From a virus (Duplodnaviria; Caudoviricetes): a DNA stretch of 50,535 nt. Made by a program: the position numbers and the translations under genes. The stretch is taken from positions 1-50,535 of IMG/VR virus record IMGVR_UViG_3300030099_002195; one strand, 5' to 3'. The notes beneath the pieces are model-generated. The model was given only the letters and a program-made list of their open reading frames with translations. It had not been told where the DNA came from and searched no databases. Positions 1 through 9,587 of the stretch are shown here, piece by piece. Position 1 is the stretch's first letter; each line of letters begins with the position of its first letter.

Positions 1-114
1 GTGGATAGTATGACCCAAGCGTTGATGCGTTACAGGCAGGGTAACTTCATACAGCTTCCGTCTGATGACTGGGATGAAGAAGATAATTACGCTAGGGTAC
101 ACGCTTATTATTAG
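1..114 (+). CDS. terL: Terminase large subunit, C-terminal fragment (truncated by window edge)
   Basis: Frame 1 reads VDSMTQALMRYRQGNFIQLPSDDWDEEDNYARVHAYY*, matching the end of the TerL nuclease domain (HDD-x-VD-S-x-TQA); lies upstream of the portal. Confidence 0.8.
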   Translation: MDSMTQALMRYRQGNFIQLPSDDWDEEDNYARVHAYY

Positions 115-129
115 AGGGACAGCGGGCGC

Positions 130-702
130 ATGGGAAATTCTGTAGTAGATCTTGGGGCGGCAGCCGTTGACTATGTTAGTGATGTTGCATCCGATATAGG
201 TGAGGGCATTGAGTCTTTTTATGATTACCTAACAGAGACCCCCAAAGCTTCTGCCGGTGGGTATTACAAAAGGCTTGGTCCCGGTGCAAGGCAATACTTT
301 TCGGGGCCCGGAGAGGATGACAGCCCCAGTATTTTGGATCGTATTGGTTTTGCAAATGGCGGTGACGTACCAGAGGGCATCATGTCTGTAGACCTCGGTA
401 TGGGGGCGGACACGACTGGCCCTGATACCATGCGGCCTATTCCGCAATATTCGGGGATAGAGGGTTTTGACATATACAAGGATCTTGCTCCTGAACAGTT
501 TGATCGTCGTAAGATACAGGATCAGCGTTTTAATGAGAGCAGGCAGTTTCAAAAAGGTCAGATGGTTCAGCGCGATGATGCGGTTGGCGGCAAGTTATTG
601 AAGCAGGCTGGTATTATGACGCCTGTAGATCAGGTAAAGCAAACTGTTGATCCGAAGGTGATGGAGCAGATGTCACGGATCTTGGGGCGGGAAGTTGTCT
701 GA
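130..702 (+). CDS. Hypothetical protein, possible virion cargo
   Basis: 190 aa ORF between terL and portal; contains FANGGDV and GIMSV motifs shared with internal virion proteins. Confidence 0.65.
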   Translation: MGNSVVDLGAAAVDYVSDVASDIGEGIESFYDYLTETPKASAGGYYKRLGPGARQYFSGPGEDDSPSILDRIGFANGGDVPEGIMSVDLGMGADTTGPDTMRPIPQYSGIEGFDIYKDLAPEQFDRRKIQDQRFNESRQFQKGQMVQRDDAVGGKLLKQAGIMTPVDQVKQTVDPKVMEQMSRILGREVV

Positions 703-2413
703 TTACCCTACGATGAGGAGATATCCTGAAAGGGACGGACCCATTGAAGGAGAGATACCGGCTACTCTGAAAGGTCTGGCTCAAGGTGCGACCACTGATT
801 TAGGTGGTGGTATCTTGGACGCGGGGGCAGCAATCACAGGTGCTGCTTCAGAGATAGACCCTAGTGTACAGGCTTTTTCTCCTACTGCTTCGGCCTTGTC
901 CGCGGCCAATCCTTTTCTTCAAGGTCTTGTAGATAAGTACGGATCAGAGGCTTTAGGTGAAGCTATTTACGGTAAAGAGGACACCCCTTTACTGCAAAAA
1001 ATCCGGGATGACGCCCGCTTGATTGGTGGCGTAGCCGGTCTAGGTGAGATGGCTACAGCTAAAGCGGCTAAATTTACTGCTGAAGGCATTGGGGATTTCA
1101 TGCGGTTTTTGCCTAATGTACGCCCGCAGGCAGTAACTCCGGATGGTCAAATTATTCCGTTACCAAACGAGTCCCTTCCTAACACCTCTGTAATGTCTAT
1201 GTCTTCGGACGATTTCACATCAGGTTTAAAAAATTTACAGTCTTCCAAGTCAAAGATTTTGTCGCTGACGGACAGGGATGAGGCTTTTGAGGCTACGGCT
1301 AATTTACAACGTGGGACGCCTGAAGTTCAAATGGTTAATACCCAAAGGCTTATGGGCGGAGGAGTTTTAAGCTATGCGATTGAGCATGGTGGCGATTTGT
1401 TACACAGGATGACTGACCGCGGGGGCCGTGCAGCACTTGAAGACACCGCCCCAAAAGTTAAAAGTTTAATTCGGTCTTTGGAGAGCGAATACGGTTTTGG
1501 GCGCGAGTTCACGGAAAACATGCGTAACAATTACCGGTCTAAGTTAGAAGCAGCTAAATCGCAGGGCGAAGAATTTTACCCGACTTTTGAAGATTACGAA
1601 GATGCTGTTCTAAAAAATTTAGATAATTATGCAGCATATCACTCACAGTTGCCTGTATTTAACGAGTTGCAACAAGCCGCAAGAGATACGGCTATATCTT
1701 TGGGCAAGCGTGATTTTGATGGAGCCTTAGATAATTTACGAATATTAGACGACGCCATTGAAGACGGGTCTTTTGTAGAGCGCAATAGAAGTTTTGATCC
1801 GGAGTTTGAAACGAAGGCCGCGGACCAAAGTTCTACTTTGTATCGCTCTGAGGCAGCAAGTTATGAAAACCCAAATGAGGGTGCGATTTTTTATACTCCC
1901 GATAAGTCGTATTCGGATCTCTATGCGAGTGAGGACCGAGTTTTGCGGAAAACAAGTTTACCCGCAGATGTTTTTGACATTCGGGAGCCCCGCAACTCAG
2001 AAGCTGTGCTAAATTGGGTTAACCAGAAAGTTTCAAACTTAGAAGACCTTTCTGGTGCTTCAGTGGACATAAGGGATGTTTATGCCGGTATTGAACAAGG
2101 TGGCCCGCAGGGCGCGTCTCGTGCTTTAGCTGCTTATAACAACATTTTATCTAAACAGGCGGAGCGTTCTATAATTCCGGGTCAAGCGGAAAAGATGTTT
2201 ATGCAGGATTTCGGCGTTGACGCGATGACTATAAAAGAGGCTGGTCGAGACTTAGATGAATATAGCGTAGCTTTCAAGGACGTTCCCGTGGATAAAGCAG
2301 AAGGCGGCGTAATAACCTTGGCCGACGCAGCGCGGAACACGGGCCGCGGCCCTATGGGCGTTGCGTCCCTTGCGTCAACAGCTAGGAATATGAACCGGCC
2401 TATGGTAAGTTAG
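695..2413 (+). CDS. Multidomain protein with putative ADP-ribosyltransferase-like domain
   Basis: 572 aa, TTG start overlapping previous stop; LYRS...GAIFYTPDKSYSDLYA...FGVDAM...DEYSVAF pattern; C-terminal KAEGG and GVASL motifs. Confidence 0.55.
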   Translation: MSDYPTMRRYPERDGPIEGEIPATLKGLAQGATTDLGGGILDAGAAITGAASEIDPSVQAFSPTASALSAANPFLQGLVDKYGSEALGEAIYGKEDTPLLQKIRDDARLIGGVAGLGEMATAKAAKFTAEGIGDFMRFLPNVRPQAVTPDGQIIPLPNESLPNTSVMSMSSDDFTSGLKNLQSSKSKILSLTDRDEAFEATANLQRGTPEVQMVNTQRLMGGGVLSYAIEHGGDLLHRMTDRGGRAALEDTAPKVKSLIRSLESEYGFGREFTENMRNNYRSKLEAAKSQGEEFYPTFEDYEDAVLKNLDNYAAYHSQLPVFNELQQAARDTAISLGKRDFDGALDNLRILDDAIEDGSFVERNRSFDPEFETKAADQSSTLYRSEAASYENPNEGAIFYTPDKSYSDLYASEDRVLRKTSLPADVFDIREPRNSEAVLNWVNQKVSNLEDLSGASVDIRDVYAGIEQGGPQGASRALAAYNNILSKQAERSIIPGQAEKMFMQDFGVDAMTIKEAGRDLDEYSVAFKDVPVDKAEGGVITLADAARNTGRGPMGVASLASTARNMNRPMVS

Positions 2414-2430
2414 GCCAAAGGAGATAACAC

Positions 2431-4863
2431 ATGGCTCGTGAACCGATTGCCGGAATGATAGACAAGAACGTCCCGTCTCAGTTGGACATGGAGGACTTGG
2501 CGGCTGAAGTGGAGCTTGAGCTACCGGGCAGCATGGACGACAACGTGGTTGCTTTTGAAGGTGTTGCCGAGGGCATGGACATTGAGATGACCCCGGACGA
2601 GGACGGTGGTGTAACCATTGATTTTGATCCGCAGGACCAGCGCGGCAAGGGTGATGATTTTTATATGAACTTGGCCGAGGAGATACCGGACCGTGAGTTG
2701 TCCCGTATTGCTGGCGAGTTGATGGCAGAGTTTGATGCTAATAAGTCGGGACGACAGGAGTGGGAAGATGCTTACGCCAACGGTTTGGAACTTCTTGGTT
2801 TCTCCTACGAGGAGAGAGCGCAGCCATTCCGAGGAGCTTCCGGAGTTACGCATCCCCTGCTCGCAGAGGCTGCTACACAATTCCAAGCGCAGGCGTTTAA
2901 CGAGTTGTTGCCAGCGTCGGGTCCCGTGCGAACTGCTGTCTTGGGAGCCGAAACAAGGGAAAAAGAGCAGCAGGCCATTCGCGTAAAGCAGTTTATGAAC
3001 TATTACATCACCAACGTGATGGAGGAATACACCCCTGAACTTGACCAGATGTTGTTCTTTTTGCCTTTGGCGGGGTCTACGTTCAAGAAAGTTTACTATG
3101 ATGAGACAAAAGGACGTGCTGTAAGTAAATTTGTACCGGCAGAACACCTAGTTGTCCCATATGAGACGTCAGATTTAGAGACTTGTCCCAATATAACGCA
3201 GGTTATCCGCATGTCATTGAACGATTTGCGGAAGAAACAGGTGTCTGGGTTCTATCTGGACATGGATGTGTTGCCCGCGCAGGGTGAGTCAGGGTCCGTG
3301 GAGGACGAAATACAGCGTATTGACGGTGTAACACCCACTCAGATCGACTATGACTGCACGATTTTGGAGTGTCACGTTGATTTGGACCTTGAGGGGTATG
3401 AAGAAGAGGACGAAGACGGTGAATTAACCGGTATTAAGATACCATATATTGTCACCATCAGTCAGGATAACGGTCAGATACTGTCAATTAGGCGAAATTA
3501 TCGTGAAGATGACGAAGATAAGCGAAAAATACAGTATTTTGTGCATTATAAGTTCCTTCCGGGCTTTGGTTTTTACGGATTAGGGCTAATTCACACGATT
3601 GGCGGGCTGTCACGGACCGCCACAGCGGCACTGCGACAGTTAATCGACGCTGGTACGTTGTCCAACCTCCCAGCGGGCTTCAAAGCCCGCGGACTGCGGA
3701 TCAGAGACGACGATGACCCGTTGCAGCCCGGTGAGTTTCGCGATGTGGATGCTCCCGGAGGGGCTATTCGTGACAGCCTGATGCCGCTGCCATTCAAGGG
3801 GCCCGACGCGACGCTGTTTAACCTGCTTGGGTTTGTGGTTCAGGCGGGTCAGCGCTTTGCGACGATTACGGATTTGAAGGTTGGAGACGGAAACCAGCAG
3901 GCTGCGGTGGGTACGACTATCGCGATGCTAGAGCAGGGGTCTCGTGTGATGAGTGCGGTGCATAAACGCCTGCATTACGCCATGCGGATTGAGTTCAAGA
4001 TGCTGGCACGGGTCATGTCTGAGAGCCTGCCACAAGAATATCCGTATACTGTAGAGGGTGCAGAGTCCGCGGTGATGGCGAGTGATTTTGATGACCGGAT
4101 TGATGTAATTCCGGTATCTGATCCCAATATGTTTAGTCAGGCGCAGCGGATTGCATTAGCGCAAACCAAGCTGCAATTGGCTGGGGCGGCTCCAGAACTT
4201 CATAACATGTACGAGGTCTACAAGGATATGTATGAGGCTCTGGGTGTAAAAGACACTGACAGGATAATGAAGCGTATTCCTGATGAGGAACCGGAACCGA
4301 AGGACCCGGCGCAGGAAAACATAGACGCTTTGGACATGGTGCCTTTGCAGGCGTTTGAAGGTCAGGAGCATGAGGCGCATATCATGGCGCACTTGGTGTT
4401 TGGGTCTACACCTATGGTAGGCGGGATGCCTGCCATTGCGATGGCTTTGCAGAAGCACGTTATGGAACATGTGAAGATTGCAGCGCGAGAACGTGCGGCG
4501 GTGCAGTTTATACAGCAAAGACAAGCTACGGGCGGTGCGGCTGCCACCGAAGAAGAGATGCTAGCCATTGAGGGCCTGACGGCGCAGTTTGTTGCCGAGG
4601 GTATGCAGATGGTCAAGCAGATGTCTCAACAGGTATCTGGTCAGGGTCCAGATCCGTTAGTTAAACTGAAGGAGCAGGAGCTACAGATTAGAGCGCAGGC
4701 AGAACAGTCAGATGCTCAGAATGAAGCAGCCAAGCTCAATCTTGACGCGCAGAACCAGCAGATGCGGGCATCACAGTTCCAGCAGAAACTGGCCAGTCAG
4801 GAAAAACAGACCCAAGCACGTATTCAGTCTGCAATGGAGAGAGAACTACTAAAGAAACAATAG
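2431..4863 (+). CDS. Portal protein
   Basis: 810 aa after terL; GASGVTHPLLAEA, LPLAGSTFKKVYYD, GFYGLGLIH motifs; Q-rich coiled-coil C-terminus like P22-type portals; SD GGAG. Confidence 0.9.
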   Translation: MAREPIAGMIDKNVPSQLDMEDLAAEVELELPGSMDDNVVAFEGVAEGMDIEMTPDEDGGVTIDFDPQDQRGKGDDFYMNLAEEIPDRELSRIAGELMAEFDANKSGRQEWEDAYANGLELLGFSYEERAQPFRGASGVTHPLLAEAATQFQAQAFNELLPASGPVRTAVLGAETREKEQQAIRVKQFMNYYITNVMEEYTPELDQMLFFLPLAGSTFKKVYYDETKGRAVSKFVPAEHLVVPYETSDLETCPNITQVIRMSLNDLRKKQVSGFYLDMDVLPAQGESGSVEDEIQRIDGVTPTQIDYDCTILECHVDLDLEGYEEEDEDGELTGIKIPYIVTISQDNGQILSIRRNYREDDEDKRKIQYFVHYKFLPGFGFYGLGLIHTIGGLSRTATAALRQLIDAGTLSNLPAGFKARGLRIRDDDDPLQPGEFRDVDAPGGAIRDSLMPLPFKGPDATLFNLLGFVVQAGQRFATITDLKVGDGNQQAAVGTTIAMLEQGSRVMSAVHKRLHYAMRIEFKMLARVMSESLPQEYPYTVEGAESAVMASDFDDRIDVIPVSDPNMFSQAQRIALAQTKLQLAGAAPELHNMYEVYKDMYEALGVKDTDRIMKRIPDEEPEPKDPAQENIDALDMVPLQAFEGQEHEAHIMAHLVFGSTPMVGGMPAIAMALQKHVMEHVKIAARERAAVQFIQQRQATGGAAATEEEMLAIEGLTAQFVAEGMQMVKQMSQQVSGQGPDPLVKLKEQELQIRAQAEQSDAQNEAAKLNLDAQNQQMRASQFQQKLASQEKQTQARIQSAMERELLKKQ

Positions 4864-4875
4864 CTTGGGGGCTAA

Positions 4876-5358
4876 ATGGAACCAATTAGTGCGGCGTTAG
4901 CAGGATTTGCATTATTTAAAAGTGCGGTCGATGGCATTAAAACGGCTATCGGAACCGCTAATGACGTGTCCGATATAGCGGGGTATCTGGATAACCTGTT
5001 TGAGGGTGAAAAGCAGGTACAGCAGGAACGTAACAAAAAGTCGGGCATAGGCGTAGGAGATCAGTTTGGTATCAAGTCTGTAGCGCAAGAAATCATAAAC
5101 GCCAAACTAGCTCAAGAACAGATGAGAGAAATAGCCAGTATGGTGGATCTTCGTTTTGGTCACGGGACGTGGAAGAGCATAGTTGACGAGCGGGCTAGAC
5201 GTATTCAAGCTGCTAAGGAGGCTGAGGCTGCTGCTAGAAAAGCAAAGATACAAAAACAAAAGGATTTTGAGAACACCATGCAGCAGGTCGTTATGGCCGG
5301 AGCGGTCATATTGATGTCTCTTTTGTTTTTTGTGATGATGTTTAAGGTGATGTTATGA
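4876..5358 (+). CDS. Hypothetical membrane-anchored coiled-coil protein
   Basis: 160 aa, hydrophobic C-terminal helix. Confidence 0.7.
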   Translation: MEPISAALAGFALFKSAVDGIKTAIGTANDVSDIAGYLDNLFEGEKQVQQERNKKSGIGVGDQFGIKSVAQEIINAKLAQEQMREIASMVDLRFGHGTWKSIVDERARRIQAAKEAEAAARKAKIQKQKDFENTMQQVVMAGAVILMSLLFFVMMFKVML

Positions 5359-5675
5359 GTCAGAAAAGGTTACAGGAAAAGTCTGTTTACGCTGAATACG
5401 ACGAGGACGGCGACGGCATTGTCAGTGACGAAGAGCTTAGTCACATCAAAGAGATAAAAAAGACGGAAACGGAGCTTCGTAAGAACGTAGCTCAATTACG
5501 TATGGCCAGATATACCTTGATATTTATGGGATGTTATGCTGTGTTTCTAGCATCACCGTGGTGCTCTGCGGAAAAACTTGAGGGTCTAGGTGCAGTCACC
5601 GACCTTATATTCCTTAGTGGAGCGGGCATTGTTGGCGCATACATGGGCACGACGGCGTGGATGTCGAAGAAATAA
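5355..5675 (+). CDS. EF-hand-motif membrane protein (holin-like topology)
   Basis: DEDGDGIVSDEEL EF-hand loop followed by two hydrophobic segments; ATGA overlap. Confidence 0.65.
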   Translation: MSQKRLQEKSVYAEYDEDGDGIVSDEELSHIKEIKKTETELRKNVAQLRMARYTLIFMGCYAVFLASPWCSAEKLEGLGAVTDLIFLSGAGIVGAYMGTTAWMSKK

Positions 5676-5687
5676 CAGAGTGAGATT

Positions 5688-5858
5688 ATGGAAAACATTA
5701 TAATAGCGGCCATGTTGGCAGCCATGATATATGGCCATGTTACGGGCGGTGAAAAACAAAAAGTTGTAAAAGATGATATAAACTGGGATCTTGCTGGTAA
5801 TTTCAGAACGGAAAGCAGTCCCAATACTGTTCAATGGGTCATAATTACTGATGAATAG
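5688..5858 (+). CDS. Small hypothetical protein with N-terminal hydrophobic helix (56 aa, not in ORF track)
   Basis: Manual translation MENIIIAAMLAAMIYGHVTGGEKQK...WVIITDE*; fills the gap between neighbours. Confidence 0.55.
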   Translation: MENIIIAAMLAAMIYGHVTGGEKQKVVKDDINWDLAGNFRTESSPNTVQWVIITDE

Positions 5859-6093
5859 TATTCATCATACCGTTGAAACTCTATTTATACTTGTCATAAG
5901 TATGTGGGGATTTGACGGTTATGAGTGGCAGTATATTGGCAATCAAGTTTCTTTGCAGCAACCCATGACCGAGGCTCAATGCTTGTATTTAATTGATGAA
6001 CAAATGTGGCAAGCAACATATCAAAATAAATATTATAAAATGGTGGCACACTGTTTTCCCACAGATTGTGCAGGAAAGACAGCGTGTGACTGA
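5851..6093 (+). CDS. Small hypothetical exported protein
   Basis: Hydrophobic N-terminus, four Cys, coupled to next gene. Confidence 0.55.
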   Translation: MNSIHHTVETLFILVISMWGFDGYEWQYIGNQVSLQQPMTEAQCLYLIDEQMWQATYQNKYYKMVAHCFPTDCAGKTACD

Positions 6094-6482
6094 TGCCGAA
6101 ATTGAGCGAGAACACAGAATTAGCAATGCCAATACGCAATTTGATTGCGTTGCTGATAGCTGCAACTGTTGGCACATGGGCTTATTTTGGAGTTATCGAA
6201 CGTCTTAACACCATCGAAAACAAGTTGATTTTGATGGAAACAGATTTGAATATGAATACAGAGTTCCGTATTAAGTGGCCTAGAGGTGAGATGGGTAGTC
6301 TGCCAGCAGATAGCGAACAGTTTATGATGATCGAACATCTTGCTGGAGAGCTAGAAAAATTGGCACAAAATATAGAATCAGGTAATGCTCCACACGACCA
6401 GCAACAGAAACTGGTCTTGGAGTTTTACGACAGGCGGCTCACAAAGATTGAAGACAACATTGAGAAGTTGACTAATAAATGA
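6093..6482 (+). CDS. Membrane-anchored coiled-coil protein (possible spanin-like lysis accessory)
   Basis: N-terminal TM helix plus coiled coil, upstream of holin and lysozyme. Confidence 0.6.
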   Translation: MPKLSENTELAMPIRNLIALLIAATVGTWAYFGVIERLNTIENKLILMETDLNMNTEFRIKWPRGEMGSLPADSEQFMMIEHLAGELEKLAQNIESGNAPHDQQQKLVLEFYDRRLTKIEDNIEKLTNK

Positions 6483-6691
6483 TTGAGATGACTTTTGTTT
6501 TGCTGTTGATGATAGGAGAAGAGCGTGTCGAGTATACGCCCTATAAGAACTTGTCTGAGTGTCTGAACATACGCCGCAAGATTAAACGCAATGTTGGACA
6601 CACGGCCGACTTTGATAAAAAGTGGTCATGTAAACAACTCAAGGTTAGACTTGAAGCTGGCGAGATTATGGAAATCTTGGAGGACGAATGA
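6479..6691 (+). CDS. Small hypothetical protein
   Basis: 70 aa, ATGA overlaps on both sides. Confidence 0.6.
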   Translation: MIEMTFVLLLMIGEERVEYTPYKNLSECLNIRRKIKRNVGHTADFDKKWSCKQLKVRLEAGEIMEILEDE

Positions 6692-7065
6692 TACAGGCAC
6701 TTATAGGACCTATAGCTAATTTAGCCGGTTCCTTCATGGAGTCGAAGATAGAACAAACAAAGGCTAAAGGCAGAGTCGCACAAGCAAAGGCCGAAGCCGA
6801 AGCCGAAGTTATGAAAGTCGCAGCCACTCACGAAGCGGGCTGGGAAAAGATAATGGCACAGTCCTCTGACAACAGTTGGAAGGACGAGGCGTGGACAATT
6901 TTGTTTATTGTCATAATCGCCATGTGCTTCATTCCGTTTACGCAACCGTATGTCGAGGAAGGGTTTGCGGCTCTTTCTCGTACACCAGAATGGTTTCAGT
7001 GGGCGATGTACGCTTCAATCGGCGCTAGCTTCGGAATACGCGGGATAAAAGGATTTAAGAAATGA
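6688..7065 (+). CDS. Putative holin (3TM, GTA-type)
   Basis: SWKDEAWT motif, hydrophobic helices, ASFGIRG..K basic tail; adjacent to lysozyme. Confidence 0.7.
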   Translation: MIQALIGPIANLAGSFMESKIEQTKAKGRVAQAKAEAEAEVMKVAATHEAGWEKIMAQSSDNSWKDEAWTILFIVIIAMCFIPFTQPYVEEGFAALSRTPEWFQWAMYASIGASFGIRGIKGFKK

Positions 7066-7514
7066 ACAAAGACAAGTTACGCGAAGAGATCGCGGAAGAT
7101 GAAGGATGTAAGTACGAGATATACCTAGATCATCTTGGTCTGCCAACTTTCGGAATTGGAGGACTTATTAAAGAAGGTGATCCAGAGTATGGCTTACCTG
7201 TCGGCACAGTCATTGAACAAGATCGAGTGCAACAACGGTTTGCTTTGGATATAGCCGTGACGATTGATGATTGCAAAGTTTTGTATGATGACTTTGATGA
7301 TCTGCCAGAAGAGTGTCAACATATCATTGCAAATATGATGTTTAACATGGGTCGTCCTCGACTATCTAAGTTTAAGGGCATGAAAGCTGGCGTTGATGCT
7401 AGGGACTGGAACAAAGCAGCGGATGAGATGGTTGATTCCAGATGGTATACTCAGGTGCCAAATCGCGCACGGCGTTTGGTTGATAGGATGAGAGCTCTTG
7501 CAGAAACGGATTAG
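7062..7514 (+). CDS. Lysozyme/endolysin (GH24, T4-lysozyme-like)
   Basis: EDEG...YLDHLGLPTFGIG catalytic E-D-T pattern; NMMFNMG; AADEMVDSRWYTQVPNRARRL. Confidence 0.9.
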   Translation: MNKDKLREEIAEDEGCKYEIYLDHLGLPTFGIGGLIKEGDPEYGLPVGTVIEQDRVQQRFALDIAVTIDDCKVLYDDFDDLPEECQHIIANMMFNMGRPRLSKFKGMKAGVDARDWNKAADEMVDSRWYTQVPNRARRLVDRMRALAETD

Positions 7515-7556
7515 TGTGTTATAAGAACACCTGAGAGTTAATGCGGAGTTATCAGA

Positions 7557-7754
7557 GTGGATGAGGTTTATTTTGCGGAGGCTGTCTTCCGCATAGTTAA
7601 AGAAAGACGGCAAGCTATTTATGATTTGTTAATCTATGACAACGTAAGTAGCATGGAGCAATATCGTGAGCTCATGGGTAATTTAAAGGCTCTAGATCAC
7701 GTGGAACAGGAACTCAAGAGCCTGCTAGATAAACAGGAGCGAAGTGATGATTGA
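7557..7754 (+). CDS. Hypothetical protein
   Basis: 65 aa, GTG start with GGAG SD, precedes GroES. Confidence 0.65.
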   Translation: MDEVYFAEAVFRIVKERRQAIYDLLIYDNVSSMEQYRELMGNLKALDHVEQELKSLLDKQERSDD

Positions 7755-8184
7755 CTTAGAGGCTGCATCTGAAGGTGTGGCAAATCTATCAGAGGCTTAC
7801 AAAGAGCCAAGCGATAGAGTCCTAGACCCCGAAGCTATAGGGGGTTCTCTCTTAGAAAGAATGCCAGATCCAACAGGATGGCGTATTTTGGTCTTACCTT
7901 ACAGAGGTAAGGGCAAAACGGATGGTGGCATTTATCTTCCTGACGCGGTCGTTCAAGAGCAAACGGTATCTACACAGGTAGGTTACGTCTTGAAAGTGGG
8001 TTCGTTGGCCTACAAAGATACAGAAAAGTTTCCTACGGGAAGTTGGTGTGAGCAGGGGGACTGGGTGATGTTTGCGCGTTACTCAGGCTCACGCTTCAAG
8101 ATAGACGGTGGGGAAGTTCGTATTTTAAATGACGATGAAATATTGGCAAAGATTAAGGAACCGGAAGATATTCTTCATTTCTAG
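7744..8184 (+). CDS. groES: GroES-like co-chaperonin
   Basis: PTGWRILV...KTDGGIYLPD...VLKVG...GDWVMFARYSG...RILNDDEILA Cpn10 signature. Confidence 0.9.
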   Translation: MMIDLEAASEGVANLSEAYKEPSDRVLDPEAIGGSLLERMPDPTGWRILVLPYRGKGKTDGGIYLPDAVVQEQTVSTQVGYVLKVGSLAYKDTEKFPTGSWCEQGDWVMFARYSGSRFKIDGGEVRILNDDEILAKIKEPEDILHF

Positions 8185-8193
8185 GAGCGATAG

Positions 8194-9063
8194 ATGGCAG
8201 AAGAAAAACAACAAATTGAATTAGATCTGGAAGATGAACAAGATACGGAAGTTGAGGTTGAGGCGGCCAAAGAAGAAGAGCCGCAAGTAGAAGCTGCAAC
8301 GGAGGATCAGTTTGAAAAAGCTGAGACCAACACTCAAAAACGTATTGATCGTCTGACCAAGAAAATGCGTGAGGCAGAGCGTCAGAAAGACGAGGCTCTA
8401 CGATATGCACAAGGTGTTCAGGCAGAAGCTGAACAGCTTAAAGAACGCATGAACACGATGGATACGAATTACGTTAACGAGTACAGCAATCGTGTTACTA
8501 GTGAGATGGGGACTGCCGAAGGTGAACTGGCTCGTGCTATTGAGATAGGTGATACAAACGGTGTTGTGGAGGCGCAGCGTAAGATCACTAGGCTTGCAAT
8601 AGAAAACGACCGAGCCGAGCAGGCAAAGGCGCAACAGCAGCGCTACGCACAGCAGGCACAGGCACAAGTTCAGGCACAAGTTCAACAGCCCATGCCGCAG
8701 CAACAGCCGCGTCGTCCTGATCCAAAAGCAGAAAGTTGGGCACAACGGAATGAGTGGTTTGGCACAGATGAGGCCATGACATATGCCGCTTTTGGAGTTC
8801 ATAAAAAACTTGTCGAAAATGAAGGGTTTGACCCGCAGAGCGATGAGTACTATAGTGAGTTAGACAAGCGTATGCAGAGCGAGTTTCCGCATAAGCTTAA
8901 AAACGGGGAAAGCAGACGGCCCGCTCAGACGGTTGCTTCCGTATCCCGATCTACCTCTGGGCGCAGTAGTGGGAAAAAGGTTAGACTCACCCCTAGCCAA
9001 GTCGCAATAGCGAAGAAATTGGGTGTGCCGCTTGAAGAATACGCGAAATACGTGAAGGAGTAA
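8194..9063 (+). CDS. Putative capsid scaffolding protein
   Basis: Acidic coiled coil, QKRIDRLT, C-terminal LTPSQVAIAKKLGVPLEEYAK; upstream of capsid genes. Confidence 0.7.
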   Translation: MAEEKQQIELDLEDEQDTEVEVEAAKEEEPQVEAATEDQFEKAETNTQKRIDRLTKKMREAERQKDEALRYAQGVQAEAEQLKERMNTMDTNYVNEYSNRVTSEMGTAEGELARAIEIGDTNGVVEAQRKITRLAIENDRAEQAKAQQQRYAQQAQAQVQAQVQQPMPQQQPRRPDPKAESWAQRNEWFGTDEAMTYAAFGVHKKLVENEGFDPQSDEYYSELDKRMQSEFPHKLKNGESRRPAQTVASVSRSTSGRSSGKKVRLTPSQVAIAKKLGVPLEEYAKYVKE

Positions 9064-9064
9064 G

Positions 9065-9556
9065 TTGATGTCAGAAGAACAAAAAGAAATGTTTGAAGGC
9101 GGAATTAAACGTGCTTCTCGCGCAAACCAAACTAGGGAGAAAACGGCGCAGCGTAAGCCGTGGGCTCCCCCGTCTATGTTGGACGCACCACCTGCACCGG
9201 ATGGTTATAAGCATCGTTGGATAAGAGTAGAAACTCGTGGTTTTGACGATACTAAAAACATCAGCGCAAAATTGCGTGAAGGTTATGAGCTTGTCCGTAG
9301 AGATGAGTACCCAGACTTTGAGGCCCCGGTAATTGACTCAGGTAAATATGAAGGTGTGTTTGGAGTAGGTGGACTTATTCTAGCTCGTATTCCAGACGAA
9401 ACTGTTGCTGAGAGAAGCGCTTATTTTAACAAAAGAAGCTCCGATCAAATGCAAGCGGTGGACTCTGATATGATGCGAGAGAATGCACATTCGACTATGA
9501 CGATCAATAAACCTGATCGTCAATCTCGTGTAACCTTTGGTGGTCCTCAGAAATGA
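9065..9556 (+). CDS. Conserved head-module hypothetical protein
   Basis: PWAPPSMLDAPPAPDGYKHRWIR...LREGYELV; between scaffold and capsid. Confidence 0.7.
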   Translation: MMSEEQKEMFEGGIKRASRANQTREKTAQRKPWAPPSMLDAPPAPDGYKHRWIRVETRGFDDTKNISAKLREGYELVRRDEYPDFEAPVIDSGKYEGVFGVGGLILARIPDETVAERSAYFNKRSSDQMQAVDSDMMRENAHSTMTINKPDRQSRVTFGGPQK

Positions 9557-9587
9557 TGGCTACCTTTTTGTCAATCAGGAGTAGATA

